The notes under the pieces: model-generated
What the model was told of the DNA's origin: nothing
Seen by the model: only the letters and a program-made list of their open reading frames with translations
Databases searched by the model: none
Made by a program: the position numbers and the translations under genes
Assembly: GCA_963778545.1 (NCBI GenBank)
Contig: CAVZUW010000012.1
Coordinates: forward strand, 192,194-256,193
Reading direction: 5' to 3'
DNA from: an uncultured Actinomycetes bacterium
Lineage (GTDB): Bacteria > Actinomycetota > UBA4738 > HRBIN12
DNA length: 64,000 nt
Shown here: positions 41,451 through 51,852 of the stretch, piece after piece
How positions within the stretch are numbered: the stretch's first letter is position 1
Layout: each line of letters starts with the position of its first letter

Positions 41451-41498
41451 GAGCGGCCTCGTCGGCCGCTCGATCCTCCCCCGAGAGCGGGGGGATCG
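41451..41498 (+). terminator. twin GC-rich hairpins after flp2 (possible attenuator or RNA-stability element; no U tract)
   Basis: GAGCGGCC-TCGTC-GGCCGCTC (8 bp) is followed directly by CGATCC(T)CCCC...GGGG..GGATCG. Confidence 0.35.
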
Positions 41499-41561
41499 AG
41501 GGGCCGACGAACCGATCAGCCGGCGCCCAAGCGACGGATCCGAACGGGAAGAGGACGACAT

Positions 41562-41990
41562 ATGACGAGGCTCAGAAGGCGCGCCGCGGGCGATCGCGGC
41601 GCTGTGGCCGTTGAATTCGCTCTGATCCTGCCCGTGCTGCTGCTCATCGTGGTCGGCACGATCGAGTTCGGCCGCGTCTACAGCCAGGTCCAGCTCTACA
41701 ACGGGTCGGCGCGCGAGGGTGCTCGGTGCGCGGCCGTGATGGCGCAATCGTTCGCGACGTGCCGGTCGCTCGGTGACGTCCAGCAGCGGATCAACGAGGC
41801 CTCGGACCCGTACGCGGACCCGCCCGCCGCCGTCATCGCGACGGGTGGGGTCGCGGGGACCGGCTGCACCGACACGACGATCGGCCAGACCGTCAGCGTG
41901 TCCTGGAACCAACCGCTCCGACTCGATATCCCGTTCTGGGGGCACGTGACCGTGACCCCCACGATCAAAGCGAGCTTCCGATGCGAGTGA
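41562..41990 (+). CDS. tadE: TadE-like pseudopilin
   Basis: RGAVAVEFALILPVLLLIVVGTIEFGRVY is the TadE N-terminal signature. Confidence 0.8.
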   Translation: MTRLRRRAAGDRGAVAVEFALILPVLLLIVVGTIEFGRVYSQVQLYNGSAREGARCAAVMAQSFATCRSLGDVQQRINEASDPYADPPAAVIATGGVAGTGCTDTTIGQTVSVSWNQPLRLDIPFWGHVTVTPTIKASFRCE

Positions 41991-43044
41991 ACCCGCGATA
42001 CGCGCAAGGTCGAACCGACTTCACCACGACGAGTCCGGCGCGGTCCTGATGGTCGTCGCGGTGACGCTCCTCGTGTTGATCGGCATGCTGGTCCTGACGG
42101 TCGACCTCGGTCGCGCGGTCGCCATCAAGCGGGAGATGGTCGCCGGGGACGGACGCGGCCGCGCTCGCCGCCGCTCACCGAATGCGCCCTCGGGCACTCG
42201 ACCGGCCAGGCCTCCGCGGCCGCGAGCGCGATCCTGGCCCAGAACAAGTCCGGCGCGACGCTGAACGGTCCGATCACGGCTCCCGGATGCGGCCTGACGC
42301 CAACCGAACCCCAGATCGTCACGATCGATACGAACGTCCAGATGGACTACTTCTTCGCGGGGATCTTCGGCTTCAACTCGGGTGAGGTGGGCGCTCACGC
42401 GGTCGCTGAGTGGGGCGTCGTGGCGGGCGGGCTGGGCGTGCCCGATCACGGTCGATCTCCAGCAGCTCCTGAACTGTGGCATCACACCCGACCCGCCATC
42501 GCCCGCCGAGGTCGACGGCTGCCAGCTCGAGTATCCGAAGGACACGCTGAGGAACCACGCTGGGGCGTCTTGGATCTGTCGAAGTGGGGAGACCGGGACG
42601 CGGCGCCCTGTTCGGTCCCGGCGAGCGTCTCGACCGACCTCATCAACAACGGCGGCGCCTTCGACCCGCTGCCGGCGCCTGCCTACGACTGCATCGACAA
42701 CGGGTTGTCGGACTCGGTGTGGGAGTCGTTGGAGGGGCAAGCTCCTGCTCTTCCCCGTGTTGGACCTGGACCTGTCCGAGGGCACGGTCAAGCCGAACAG
42801 CGGCGCTCTGGGCGGCACCGATTGCACCGGGGCGCAGATCGACTCGCTCCGAGCGCAGGGCTACGACTGCCAGATCGACACGGCGTACATCGTGGGATGG
42901 ATCCAGCTGTTCGTCGAGGACGTGTCCAAGCACGGTCCGGACATCACCGTGACGGTGGACTACCGAGGGATCACTACGGGTGGAGGCATCCCGGGCGACG
43001 ACACCTTCGACTTTGGGGCCCGGGCCGTTCGCCTCGTGAACTAG
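41981..43044 (+). pseudogene. TadG-like (TadE/G family) pilus protein, 6 frame breaks
   Basis: ATG 41981 overlaps the tadE stop. Pieces: ESGAVLMVVAVTLLVLIGMLVLTVDLGRAVAIKREMV / TDAAALAAAH / ECALGHSTGQASAAASAILAQNKSGATL...MDYFFAGIFGFNSGEVGAHAVAEWG / PITVDLQQLLNCG... / WGVLDLSKWGDRDAAPC... / KLLLFPVLDLDLSEGT...FGARAVRLVN*. Four of the breaks are one-base expansions of G or C runs (42145-48, 42178-79, 42441-43, 42734-37). Confidence 0.7.
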
Positions 43045-43109
43045 CTCGAGAACCGGCTCAAGTGGCGAACGCCCTAAGACGATGAACAAGTGACAAAGGG
43101 GGATCGAAG

Positions 43110-43928
43110 ATGAAGTCACGAGGAGTGGTCGTCGTTCTGGCGCTCATCCTGGCAACGATCGCGACGGCGGGTGTGTTCCTGTACTCGCAAGGCGTGAAGC
43201 AGGATGCGATCAAGGGTGGAGACCTGCGGGACGTGATCGTCTCCAAGGTCGACATCGCCGCCAACACCGAGATGGACGAGCTGATCGCCGCCGACCAGTT
43301 CGAGCTGCTGCAGGTGCCGGTCGACGCGGTCGTCGACGGCGCCGTCACGGACCTCGCGCAGCTGCGCGGTCAGCGCAACACGGCGTTCATCCTCGCCGGC
43401 GAGCAGATCCCGATCTCGCGGGTCGAGTCGGGCGAGATCCCCGGCGGCGTCCTCGGCATCCCCGAGGGACATCAGGCGATCAGCGTCTCGCTGGACGCGC
43501 CGCGGGCGATCGCCGGCGCCCTGGCGGGCGGCGACAACGTCACGATCTACGCCACCTTCACGGAAGTGAAGATCAACCTCGTCCAGAAGGACTTCCTCAA
43601 GTCGCTGCAGGCGGGCAACGTGAGCGGCCTGACCTCACAGGGCGAACTGCCGTCGTTCGACACGACCGTGGTGCTGGCCCCCGAGGTCGAGGTGCTCCGC
43701 GTGGCGCGTACGACCGACGCTGCGGCCGAAGATGAGCAGGCCGAGCAGCAGGCGACGCAGGGGCCGGTTTCGGTGACCCTGGCGTTCCTGCCGGACGAGG
43801 CGCAGCGGTTCGTCTTCGCGATGGAGCTCGGACAGGTGTACCTCTCGCTGCTGGCCCCCGATGAGGCCGGTACCGAGCTGGAGCCCCTGACCTTCGCCCG
43901 GGTGTTCCTGCCCGAGAAGACGAAGTAG
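43110..43928 (+). CDS. cpaB: Flp pilus assembly protein CpaB/RcpC
   Basis: N-terminal TM (VVVVLALILATIATAGVFLY), SAF-like segment (VIVSKVDIAANTEM) and the RcpC beta-domain pattern. Confidence 0.85.
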   Translation: MKSRGVVVVLALILATIATAGVFLYSQGVKQDAIKGGDLRDVIVSKVDIAANTEMDELIAADQFELLQVPVDAVVDGAVTDLAQLRGQRNTAFILAGEQIPISRVESGEIPGGVLGIPEGHQAISVSLDAPRAIAGALAGGDNVTIYATFTEVKINLVQKDFLKSLQAGNVSGLTSQGELPSFDTTVVLAPEVEVLRVARTTDAAAEDEQAEQQATQGPVSVTLAFLPDEAQRFVFAMELGQVYLSLLAPDEAGTELEPLTFARVFLPEKTK

Positions 43929-43930
43929 CC

Positions 43931-45152
43931 GTGCAGAGCTCAGTCATCGCCGTCGGGACGCCGCAGTCGTTCCGCACCACGCTGGCCCGCGCGCTCGAGT
44001 GCGAGCCGGAGGACATCGGCTGGGTGCAGTCCGTCACGGCCGCCGAGGAGGTGCTCGTCGAAGGGCGAACCCCGATCGACGTGATGGTGCTCTCGCCGGA
44101 GGTCAAGGATCCGGACGCGCTCGGCCTGGCCGAGTTCGTCGGGCGAACGGCGCCGATGATCGCGATCGTCGCCGTCCGCGACAAGGGATGGAACGGCCTG
44201 CTGCCGGCGGCCATGCGGGCCGGCATCCGCGACGTCGTCGACATGAGCCAGGGGAGCGAGGAGCTCCGCGACGCCGTCGAGCGGGCGATCACGTGGGCCG
44301 ACAACCTGCGCCATCAGCGCGGCCTCGACCCGGGCCAGGCGAGCCAGCGCGGGGTCGTCATCTCGGTGTTCTCCTCCAAGGGCGGCGCCGGCAAGACGTT
44401 CCTGACGACGAACCTCGCGACGGCGATCTCGCAGCTGTCGGGCCAGCGACACCGCCGTGGTGGACATGGACGTCGACATGGGCGACGTCTTCAGCTACTT
44501 CGGTCTCGAGCCCAACAAGCAGGTGGCCGACCTGATCGGTCTGGGCGAGGGCGCGACCACCGACGAGGTGTTCGCGAACTCGATCCAGCTCGACGACCAC
44601 CTGTTCGGGTTCGGCGCGGTGCCCGACCCGGCGATGGAGTCGCCCGGTGGGGAGGCCGTCGGCAAGTACCTGCGGGTCCTGCGCAACAACTTCGCCTACG
44701 TCGTGGTGGACGCGTCGAACGACTACACGGACCTCGCGCTCGCCTGCTTCGACCTGTCCGACGCGATCTGCCTGGTCACCGGGCTGGACGTGGTCGGCGT
44801 CAAGCACCTGTCGAAGGCGCTCGACACGCTGATCTCGATCGGCCTGCCGCGCGAGCGGTTCCGCATCGTGTTGAACCGGGCGGACAGCAAGGTCGGTCTC
44901 GATGCGCGTGACGTCGAACGCGTCATGAAGATCGAGGTCGACACGATGATCCCGTCGAGCCGCCTGGTGCCGACCTCGCTGAACAAGGGCCGTCCGGTGT
45001 ACCTGGACGAGCCCAGCTGCGACGTCTCGCAGAGCATCCGCCAGCTCGCCAAGCGCTTCACGGGCATGCAGGCGGATCACCTCGACGGGCTGGATGCCGA
45101 ACTCGTGGGTGCGAACGGGAAGCGCCGGGGCGGCATGTTCCGGCGCAAGTAG
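43931..45152 (+). CDS. tadZ: TadZ/CpaE ParA/MinD-like ATPase with receiver-like N-domain, frame break near 44448
   Basis: Deviant Walker A: VISVFSSKGGAGKTFLTTNLA. After the break, TAVVDMDVDMGDVFSYFGL...VVVDASND...LVTGLDVVGVKH continues in frame +1. Confidence 0.85.
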
Positions 45153-45176
45153 CCCACGCGCCGTTAGGAGGAACCG

Positions 45177-46496
45177 ATGACGCTCGCTGATCGACTCGCC
45201 AAGACCCATCAGCGCGACCGGATCGCCGAGATCCGGACGCGCGTCCAGGAACGCCTGGTGGAGACGCTGGGCCCGAGCCTGTACGACGCCTCGATGTCGG
45301 ACACCGAGCTCGAGGGCCTGGTCCACACCCGCCTGCGTGAGCTCCTGGACGAGGAGGAATCGGGGCTCTCCGCGCAGGAGAAGCTGCTGATCGTCCGTCA
45401 GATCGGCGACAGCGTGATGGGCCTCGGGCCCCTCGAGCCGTTCGTCAAGGACCCCGAGGTCACCGAGATCATGGTCAACGGGTGGGACGCGATCTACGTG
45501 GAGCGCGGGGGACGCCTCTACTGGACCGGCGTGAAGTTCCACGACGAGGGCCAGCTCCGTCGCACGATCGACAAGATCGTCGCGAAGGTCGGCCGCCGCA
45601 TCGACGAGTCGGTCCCGTACTGCGACGCTCGTCTGCCGGACGGCTCCCGTGTGAACGCGATCATCCCTCCGCTCGCGATCGACGGGCCGGCGCTCACGAT
45701 CCGGAAGTTCGCGGCCGACCCGTACCAGGCGAGCGACCTGGTCCAGTTCGGCACGATGAACCCCCAGGTCGTCGAGCTGCTGGAGGCCTGCGTCAAGGGA
45801 CGGCTCAACATCCTGGTGTCGGGCGGGACCGGCGCCGGCAAGACGACCACCCTGAACGTGCTCTCGTCGTTCCTGCCGGAGGACGAGCGGATCGTCACGA
45901 TCGAGGACGCGGCCGAGCTCCGGCTGCAGCAGCCGCACGTCGTGCGGCTGGAGTCCCGCCCGCCGAACATCGAGGGCCGCGGCGAGGTCTCGATCCGCGA
46001 CCTGGTGCGCAACGCCCTGCGCATGCGTCCCGACCGCATCGTCGTCGGTGAGGTTCGAGGCGGCGAGGCGCTGGACATGATGCAGGCGATGAACACCGGC
46101 CACGACGGCTCGATCAGCACGATCCACTGCAACTCGCCGCGGGACGCGCTGGCCCGGCTCGAGACGATGGTGATGATGTCGGGGATGGACTTCGGTGTGC
46201 GAGCGATCCGCGAGCAGATCTCGTCCGCCCTCCAGCTGATCGTGCATCAGTCCAGGCTGAAGGACGGCTCGCGCAGGATCACCCACGTGACCGAGATCGT
46301 CGGGATGGAGGGCGAGATCATCACCCTGCAGGACGTGTTCCTGTTCGACTACAGCGCCGGGATCGACGAGGACGGCCGGTTCCTCGGCAGCCTCAAGTCG
46401 ACCGGGCTCCGCCCGCGGTTCGTGGACAAGATCGCGGAGCGCGGGGTGTCGGTTCCTCCGGAGCTCTTCGCCCTGAACGGGGGTCGAGCGGCGTGA
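45177..46496 (+). CDS. cpaF: CpaF/TadA secretion ATPase
   Basis: [14 protein letters not shown] Walker [12 protein letters not shown], Walker B/His box ([28 protein letters not shown]). Confidence 0.95.
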   Translation: MTLADRLAKTHQRDRIAEIRTRVQERLVETLGPSLYDASMSDTELEGLVHTRLRELLDEEESGLSAQEKLLIVRQIGDSVMGLGPLEPFVKDPEVTEIMVNGWDAIYVERGGRLYWTGVKFHDEGQLRRTIDKIVAKVGRRIDESVPYCDARLPDGSRVNAIIPPLAIDGPALTIRKFAADPYQASDLVQFGTMNPQVVELLEACVKGRLNILVSGGTGAGKTTTLNVLSSFLPEDERIVTIEDAAELRLQQPHVVRLESRPPNIEGRGEVSIRDLVRNALRMRPDRIVVGEVRGGEALDMMQAMNTGHDGSISTIHCNSPRDALARLETMVMMSGMDFGVRAIREQISSALQLIVHQSRLKDGSRRITHVTEIVGMEGEIITLQDVFLFDYSAGIDEDGRFLGSLKSTGLRPRFVDKIAERGVSVPPELFALNGGRAA

Positions 46497-47482
46497 TCTC
46501 GGCGTCGTCCTTCGGATCGAGCACCGCGCTCCTGGTCGCGCTCGTCGCGGTCTTCATCGCCGTGTTCGTCATCGCCGTGTTCCTGTTCGGCGCCCGTGCC
46601 CGCTCGAAGCGGCGCAGGGCGCTGGCGCATCGTCTGGGACGGCCCGGCGGCGGCCCTTCGGAGGAGATCGCCGGCACGACCCAGTGGGTCCCGGAGTCGC
46701 TGGCGCAGGCGGGGCACCGGTTCGCCGAGGCGACCGGGTTCAGCGCGAAGCTCGACGAGCGCCTGGAGCAGGCCGGTCTGCCGGTCCTGGCCGGGGAGTT
46801 CGTCGCGATCACCGTGCTGTGCGTGCTGATCGGCGGCGTGATCGCCGCGATCTTCCTCCAGAACATCCTGTTCATCATGCTGATCGCGGGGATCGCCGCG
46901 TTGATCCCGTACTTCTGGATGGTCCGGGCGCTCAAGAAGCGCCAGCAGGCCCTGATCGACCAGCTCGCGGACACCCTCTCGATCCTGGCGACCTCGCTCC
47001 GCGCGGGCTACTCGTTCCTGCAGGCCCTGGACACGGTCTCGAAGGAGATCGGCGAGCCGTCGGCGACCGAGTTCCAACGGGTGGTCGCCGAGATCCGGCT
47101 GGGCCGCCCGATCGACGACGCGCTCGTCGCCATGGCGCACCGCGTGCACAGCGACGACCTCAAGTGGGCCGTGATCGCGATCAACGTCCAGCGCCAGGTC
47201 GGCGGCAACCTCGCCGAGGTGCTCGACATCGTGTCCGGGACCGTCCGCGAGCGCGCGTACATCCGCCGCCAGGTGCAGGTGCTGTCCGCCGAAGGGCGCA
47301 TCTCGGTCGCGATCCTGGCGTGCCTGCCGATCGGCGTGATGCTCTACATCTCGGTCGTGAACGGCGAGTACATCAAGCCGTTGTTCACCACCACGCCGGG
47401 CCTGATCCTGCTCGTCGGGGGCGGACTCTGGATGGCGCTCGGCATCTTCATCATGACGAGGATGGTGAAGATCGATGTCTAA
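46493..47482 (+). CDS. tadB: TadB pilus assembly membrane protein (T2SS F domain)
   Basis: GspF-like domain: LADTLSILATSLRAGYSFLQALDTVSKE. 4-nt overlap with cpaF. Confidence 0.85.
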   Translation: MISASSFGSSTALLVALVAVFIAVFVIAVFLFGARARSKRRRALAHRLGRPGGGPSEEIAGTTQWVPESLAQAGHRFAEATGFSAKLDERLEQAGLPVLAGEFVAITVLCVLIGGVIAAIFLQNILFIMLIAGIAALIPYFWMVRALKKRQQALIDQLADTLSILATSLRAGYSFLQALDTVSKEIGEPSATEFQRVVAEIRLGRPIDDALVAMAHRVHSDDLKWAVIAINVQRQVGGNLAEVLDIVSGTVRERAYIRRQVQVLSAEGRISVAILACLPIGVMLYISVVNGEYIKPLFTTTPGLILLVGGGLWMALGIFIMTRMVKIDV

Positions 47483-48407
47483 CATCTGGCTGATGCTCGC
47501 GCTCGCCGGCACGTTCATGTCGATCATGCTGGTCTTCGTGGTCGCCGACATGCGCCAGCGCGAACGCAACCGGCCGGTGGCTCTTCTGCAATCGCAGGTG
47601 GGACCCGTCGAGGGTTCGTTCGACCTGCGGCAGCAGATGGAGGGGTCGGCGTTCCACCGGGTCGTGATGCCCGGTGCGAAGAAGGTCGGGCGTGGCATCG
47701 GACGGCTCACGCCGTTCGATCTGGCCGCGCGGCTCAACAGGCAGCTCGTGCTCGCCGGCAGCCCCGAGGGCCTGGACGCCGAGCGCGTCGTGGCGATGAA
47801 GATCATCGGCGGCATCGCCGGTCTGGTCGGTGGCCTGTTCGTCATGGCCTTCCTGCCGGTCCCGTCGTTCCTCAAGCTCGCCGTCGTCATCATCTTCACG
47901 ATGCTCGGCTACACGATCCCGAGCGCACAGGTGAGCGCCCTCGCCGGCAAGCGCCAGAAGATGATCCGCAAGCAGCTCGCCGACGTGATGGACCTGCTGA
48001 CGATCAGCGTCGAGGCGGGTCTCGGGTTCGACGCGGCGCTCGCCCAGGTCGTCAAGAACGTCCCCGGACCGCTCGCCGAGGAGATGTCCCGGCTGCTCCA
48101 GGAGATCCAGATCGGCGTCTCGCGGGCCGACGCGTTCCGTCACCTCGGCCAACGGACGACCGTCCAGGAGCTCGAGGGCTTCGTCCTGTCGATGATCCAG
48201 GCGGACCTGTTCGGCGTCTCGATCGCCAACGTGCTCCGAGCGCAGTCCAAGGAGCTCCGCCTCAAGCGGCGCCAGCGCGCGGAGGAGCTCGCGCAGAAGA
48301 TCCCGGTGAAGCTGCTGTTCCCGATGATCTTCATGGTGCTGCCGGCGCTGTTCATCATCGTGCTCGGGCCCGGCGCGATCCAGATCTACAACCAGTTCTT
48401 CGCGTAG
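47475..48407 (+). CDS. tadC: TadC pilus assembly membrane protein (T2SS F domain)
   Basis: LADVMDLLTISVEAGLGFDAALAQVVKN, with C-terminal TM helices. Overlaps tadB. Confidence 0.85.
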   Translation: MSNIWLMLALAGTFMSIMLVFVVADMRQRERNRPVALLQSQVGPVEGSFDLRQQMEGSAFHRVVMPGAKKVGRGIGRLTPFDLAARLNRQLVLAGSPEGLDAERVVAMKIIGGIAGLVGGLFVMAFLPVPSFLKLAVVIIFTMLGYTIPSAQVSALAGKRQKMIRKQLADVMDLLTISVEAGLGFDAALAQVVKNVPGPLAEEMSRLLQEIQIGVSRADAFRHLGQRTTVQELEGFVLSMIQADLFGVSIANVLRAQSKELRLKRRQRAEELAQKIPVKLLFPMIFMVLPALFIIVLGPGAIQIYNQFFA

Positions 48408-48451
48408 ACGAGGTTCCGGCCCCGGATAGACCCGCTGCTAGGCTTCGGCGC

Positions 48452-49276
48452 ATGTCGAAGGTCGCCTACCAGGGCGAACCGGGCGCCTACAGCGAACGCG
48501 CGGTGAAGGTGCTGTTCCCGGACGCCGAGATGCTCCCGTGCGAGACGATCCGGCTCACGTTCTCGCGCGTGACGAGCGGCGAGGCGGACTTCGGCGTCGT
48601 CCCGGTCGAGAACTCGCAGGCGGGCTCGGTGAACGAGAGCTACGACCTGCTCCTGCGTTCGAGCCTGGTCCAGGTGGTGGGGGAGGTGGTCCTGCGCGTG
48701 GATCACGCCCTGCTCGGTCCGCCCGGGGCGCGGCTCGAGGGTGTCCGGCGGGCGTACTCGCACTGGCAGGCGCTCGCGCAGTGCGAGGAGTTCCTGACGA
48801 CGCACCACATCGACCCGGTCCCGGTCCACGACACGGCGGGCGGCGCCCGGCTCGTCGCCGAGCGCGGGGCCCTCGACGAGGCCGCGATCGCGAGCGTGGA
48901 CGCGGGCGCGAACCTCGGCCTGATCGTCCTGGCCGAGCACATCCAGACCTACCCGGACAACTTCACGAAGTTCGGCGTGATCGGGACCCGCGACGCCGGT
49001 TTGGGCCCGGCGAACAAGACCTCCCTGGTGATGGCGGGCGACGACCGTCCCGGCTCGCTGTTCCGCTCCCTCCAGCCGCTCGCCGACCGGGGCGTGAACC
49101 TCACCAAGCTCGAGTCGCGTCCCCGTCGCGGCGCGCCGTTCGAGTACGTCTTCTACATCGACCTCGACGGCTCCGTGGAGGACGAGCACGTGGCGGCGGC
49201 GCTCGACGAGGTCAAGGTCCACACGTCGATGCTGAAGGTGCTGGGTTCGTACCCCGCCTCCAAGGGACCGGTCTAG
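48452..49276 (+). CDS. pheA: prephenate dehydratase
   Basis: KVAYQGEPGAYSE, VVPVENSQAGSV, TKFGVIG, and an ACT domain with ESRP (LTKLESRPRRGAPFEYVFYIDL). Confidence 0.9.
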   Translation: MSKVAYQGEPGAYSERAVKVLFPDAEMLPCETIRLTFSRVTSGEADFGVVPVENSQAGSVNESYDLLLRSSLVQVVGEVVLRVDHALLGPPGARLEGVRRAYSHWQALAQCEEFLTTHHIDPVPVHDTAGGARLVAERGALDEAAIASVDAGANLGLIVLAEHIQTYPDNFTKFGVIGTRDAGLGPANKTSLVMAGDDRPGSLFRSLQPLADRGVNLTKLESRPRRGAPFEYVFYIDLDGSVEDEHVAAALDEVKVHTSMLKVLGSYPASKGPV

Positions 49277-49295
49277 ACACGATCCGCCGCCTGGG

Positions 49296-50875
49296 ATGAT
49301 GCGCAGGATGTCCCAGCGCCGCCGGGCCCGGCACGCGGCTCGTCCGCGCATCCCGTTCCTCCTGGCCGCCGCGATCCTCGTGGTGGCTGGTGGGTGCCAT
49401 CCTCGCCTGGCGACTGGAGCTGTGGCCCGCCCCGTCCGAGGACGCGGTCGCCGCGCCGTCACCGAGCGGGACGACCCCGAGCCCGACGCCGGCCGCCCCC
49501 ACGACCGTCCGCAGTACCCACGCCGACCGCGGCGCCGAGCCCCGAACCCGCGAACACCGCGTTCGAGGGCATCACGACGTTCCGGGGCAACCAGACCCGC
49601 ACCTACTACGGGTCCGGGCCGGTGCCGATGCACCCGAGGGTCATCTGGCGCTACCCCGCGGAGGGGAGCCTGTGCTCGAACTCGACGGACCAGGACGGTG
49701 CCCGCGAATGGTGCGGGACCGGCTGGACCGGCCAGCCCAACGTGATCGTCGGGCGGCAGGGGAAGATCGAGGTCCGGATCAACGCGTACGACGGCGCGTA
49801 CCACTTCCTGAACGGGAAGACCGGCGAGCCGGTGCGGCCGGCCTTGCAGACGGGCGATCTGGCCAAGGGGTCGGCGAGCAGCGATCCCGACGGGTTCCCG
49901 CTGTACTACGCGGGGTCGCGCGACAACCTGTTCCGGGTGATCGCGCTCGATCGACCCGAGCCCACGGTCCTGTGGGACCTGAACGCCGAGACGAGCGTCC
50001 CGAACCCGGTCTGGAACGACGACTGGGACGGCGCCCCGCTGGTGATCGGCGACTACCTGCTCGAGGGGGGCGAGAACTCCTGGTTCTACGTGATCAGGTT
50101 GCACCGGGGCTACGACGACCAGGGCCTGGTCACGGTCCGCCCGAAGGTCGTCCTGACGGTGCCGGGGTTCGACGACGAGCTGCTCGAGGCCCTGCCCGAC
50201 TCGAACGTCTCGATCGAGAGCTCGGTCGCCTTCCGCGACGGCGTCGTGTACTTCGCGAACTCGGGCGGGCTCGTCCAGGGATGGGACATCTCCCGCGTGC
50301 TCCGCGGCGGATCCAAGGCCGAACGGGTCTTCCGGTTCTGGACCGGCGAGGACACGGACGCGAGCGTGGTGATCGACGAGCGCGGGTTCCTGTACGTGGG
50401 GAGCGAGCTCGAGCGGTTCACGGCCCGGTCCCACGAGGTGGGGCAGCTGATGAAGCTCGACCCCCGGCATCCGAACGATCCCCTCGTGTGGTCGTTCGCG
50501 ATCCCCGAGCGCGGGGCCGAGGGCGCCGGCGGGGTCTGGGCCACCCCGGCGCTGTACGGCAGGATGCTCTACGTCGCAACCAACTACGGGGACCTGATCG
50601 GGCTCGACCGCCGGACGGGTGACGAACGCTGGCGGATCCACCTGGCGGGTCCGACGTGGTCCTCGCCGGTCCCGATCGACGACGTGCTCCTGCAGGGCGA
50701 CTGCGGGGGCACCCTGCACGCGTTCGACATCTCGAAGCCGTTGCGCGAACCGCCCGAGCTCTGGTCGCTCTCGCTCGGCTCGTGCATCGAATCGACGCCC
50801 TCGGTCTTGGAGGACATGATCTGGGTGGGGACGCGCGGGGGCGGCGTGTACGGCATCGCGGACCGCAAGGGCTGA
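49296..50875 (+). CDS. membrane-anchored PQQ-like (BamB-type) beta-propeller protein, two N-terminal frame breaks (about 49392 and 49515)
   Basis: RIPFLLAAAILVVAGG anchor in frame 0, a Pro/Ser/Thr linker in frame 1, and the propeller body in frame 2 (YAGSRDNLFRVIALD, YFANSGGLVQGWD, LYVATNYGDLIGLDRRTGDERW, IWVGTRGGGVYGI). Confidence 0.7.
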
Positions 50876-50887
50876 TCGCCGGCCGGA

Positions 50888-51808
50888 TCAGCCGAAGAGC
50901 TGGTCGAACCCGGGGAGCGACCGGATCTCGGCCGTCCGCCAGATCACCAGCGCGATCCCGAGCGCGACGAGCGTCGCGACGCCGGCGAACCGGACGACCG
51001 CGCGTTGTCCCGCGGGAGCCGAGCTGTCGGCCAGGGAGCCCAGCGCGAGGCCGGCCACCAGGCCGCCCACGTGGGCGCGCCAGTCGATCGAGTTGTAGGC
51101 GAAGGCGATCAGGGCGTTCAGCGCGATCACGGTCAACGCCATCCGCAGGTTGGCCGCATTCGCGGTGCTCTCCCGGCGACGGTAGTTGTAGGCGATGAAG
51201 GCGCCGAACACCGCCGCGATCGCCCCGGACGCCCCCACCGCGAGCGTCGTGACCGGTCCGAACGCGTACGACGCGACGCTCGCGATGAACCCCCCCACCA
51301 GGTAGATCAGCAGCATCCAGGTCTTCCCGTAGACCGACTCGACCATGCGGCCGAACAGGAAGAAGAAGTAGGCGTTCAGCGCCACGTGCAGCAGGCCGAC
51401 GTGGAGGAACATCGCCGTGAACAACCGCCAGAACTGACCGCTCGCGACCGCGATCGGCTGCATCGCTCCGAGGTCGAAGAGGAGCTCCCCGCTCGGCCTG
51501 AACAACGCCTGCGGCCCGCCGAGGACGACCTCGATGACGAACGGGATCGCGATCGCCACGAGCAGGGCCTTGGTGACGCTGATCCCACCCCGCAGCGGCC
51601 GTCCCGGGCCCTTGCGGAACTCGCGCCGGGCCTCCTCCACGCACTCGGGGCACTGGAACCCGACCGGCGCGGGGATCATGCAGTCGGGGCAGATCGGGCG
51701 CTCGCAGCGCGTGCAGTGCACCCGGGTCGGGACGTCGGGGTGTCGGTAGCACACCTCGATCGTGGGCGCGGGAGGGACGGGCAGGTGGTCCTCGGCCATG
51801 GAGGTCAT
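50888..51808 (-). CDS. rhomboid-family intramembrane serine protease with N-terminal zinc ribbon
   Basis: CYRHP...HCTRCERPICPDC...FQCPEC. Rhomboid motifs: WRLFTAMFLHVGLLHVALN, GASGAIAAVFGA (catalytic Ser) and AHVGGLVAG (catalytic His). Confidence 0.9.
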   Translation of the reverse strand: MTSMAEDHLPVPPAPTIEVCYRHPDVPTRVHCTRCERPICPDCMIPAPVGFQCPECVEEARREFRKGPGRPLRGGISVTKALLVAIAIPFVIEVVLGGPQALFRPSGELLFDLGAMQPIAVASGQFWRLFTAMFLHVGLLHVALNAYFFFLFGRMVESVYGKTWMLLIYLVGGFIASVASYAFGPVTTLAVGASGAIAAVFGAFIAYNYRRRESTANAANLRMALTVIALNALIAFAYNSIDWRAHVGGLVAGLALGSLADSSAPAGQRAVVRFAGVATLVALGIALVIWRTAEIRSLPGFDQLFG

Positions 51809-51852
51809 CCTACGGGTGCTTCGCCCGTACGGCCGTACGGGTTCGCGGCGAG

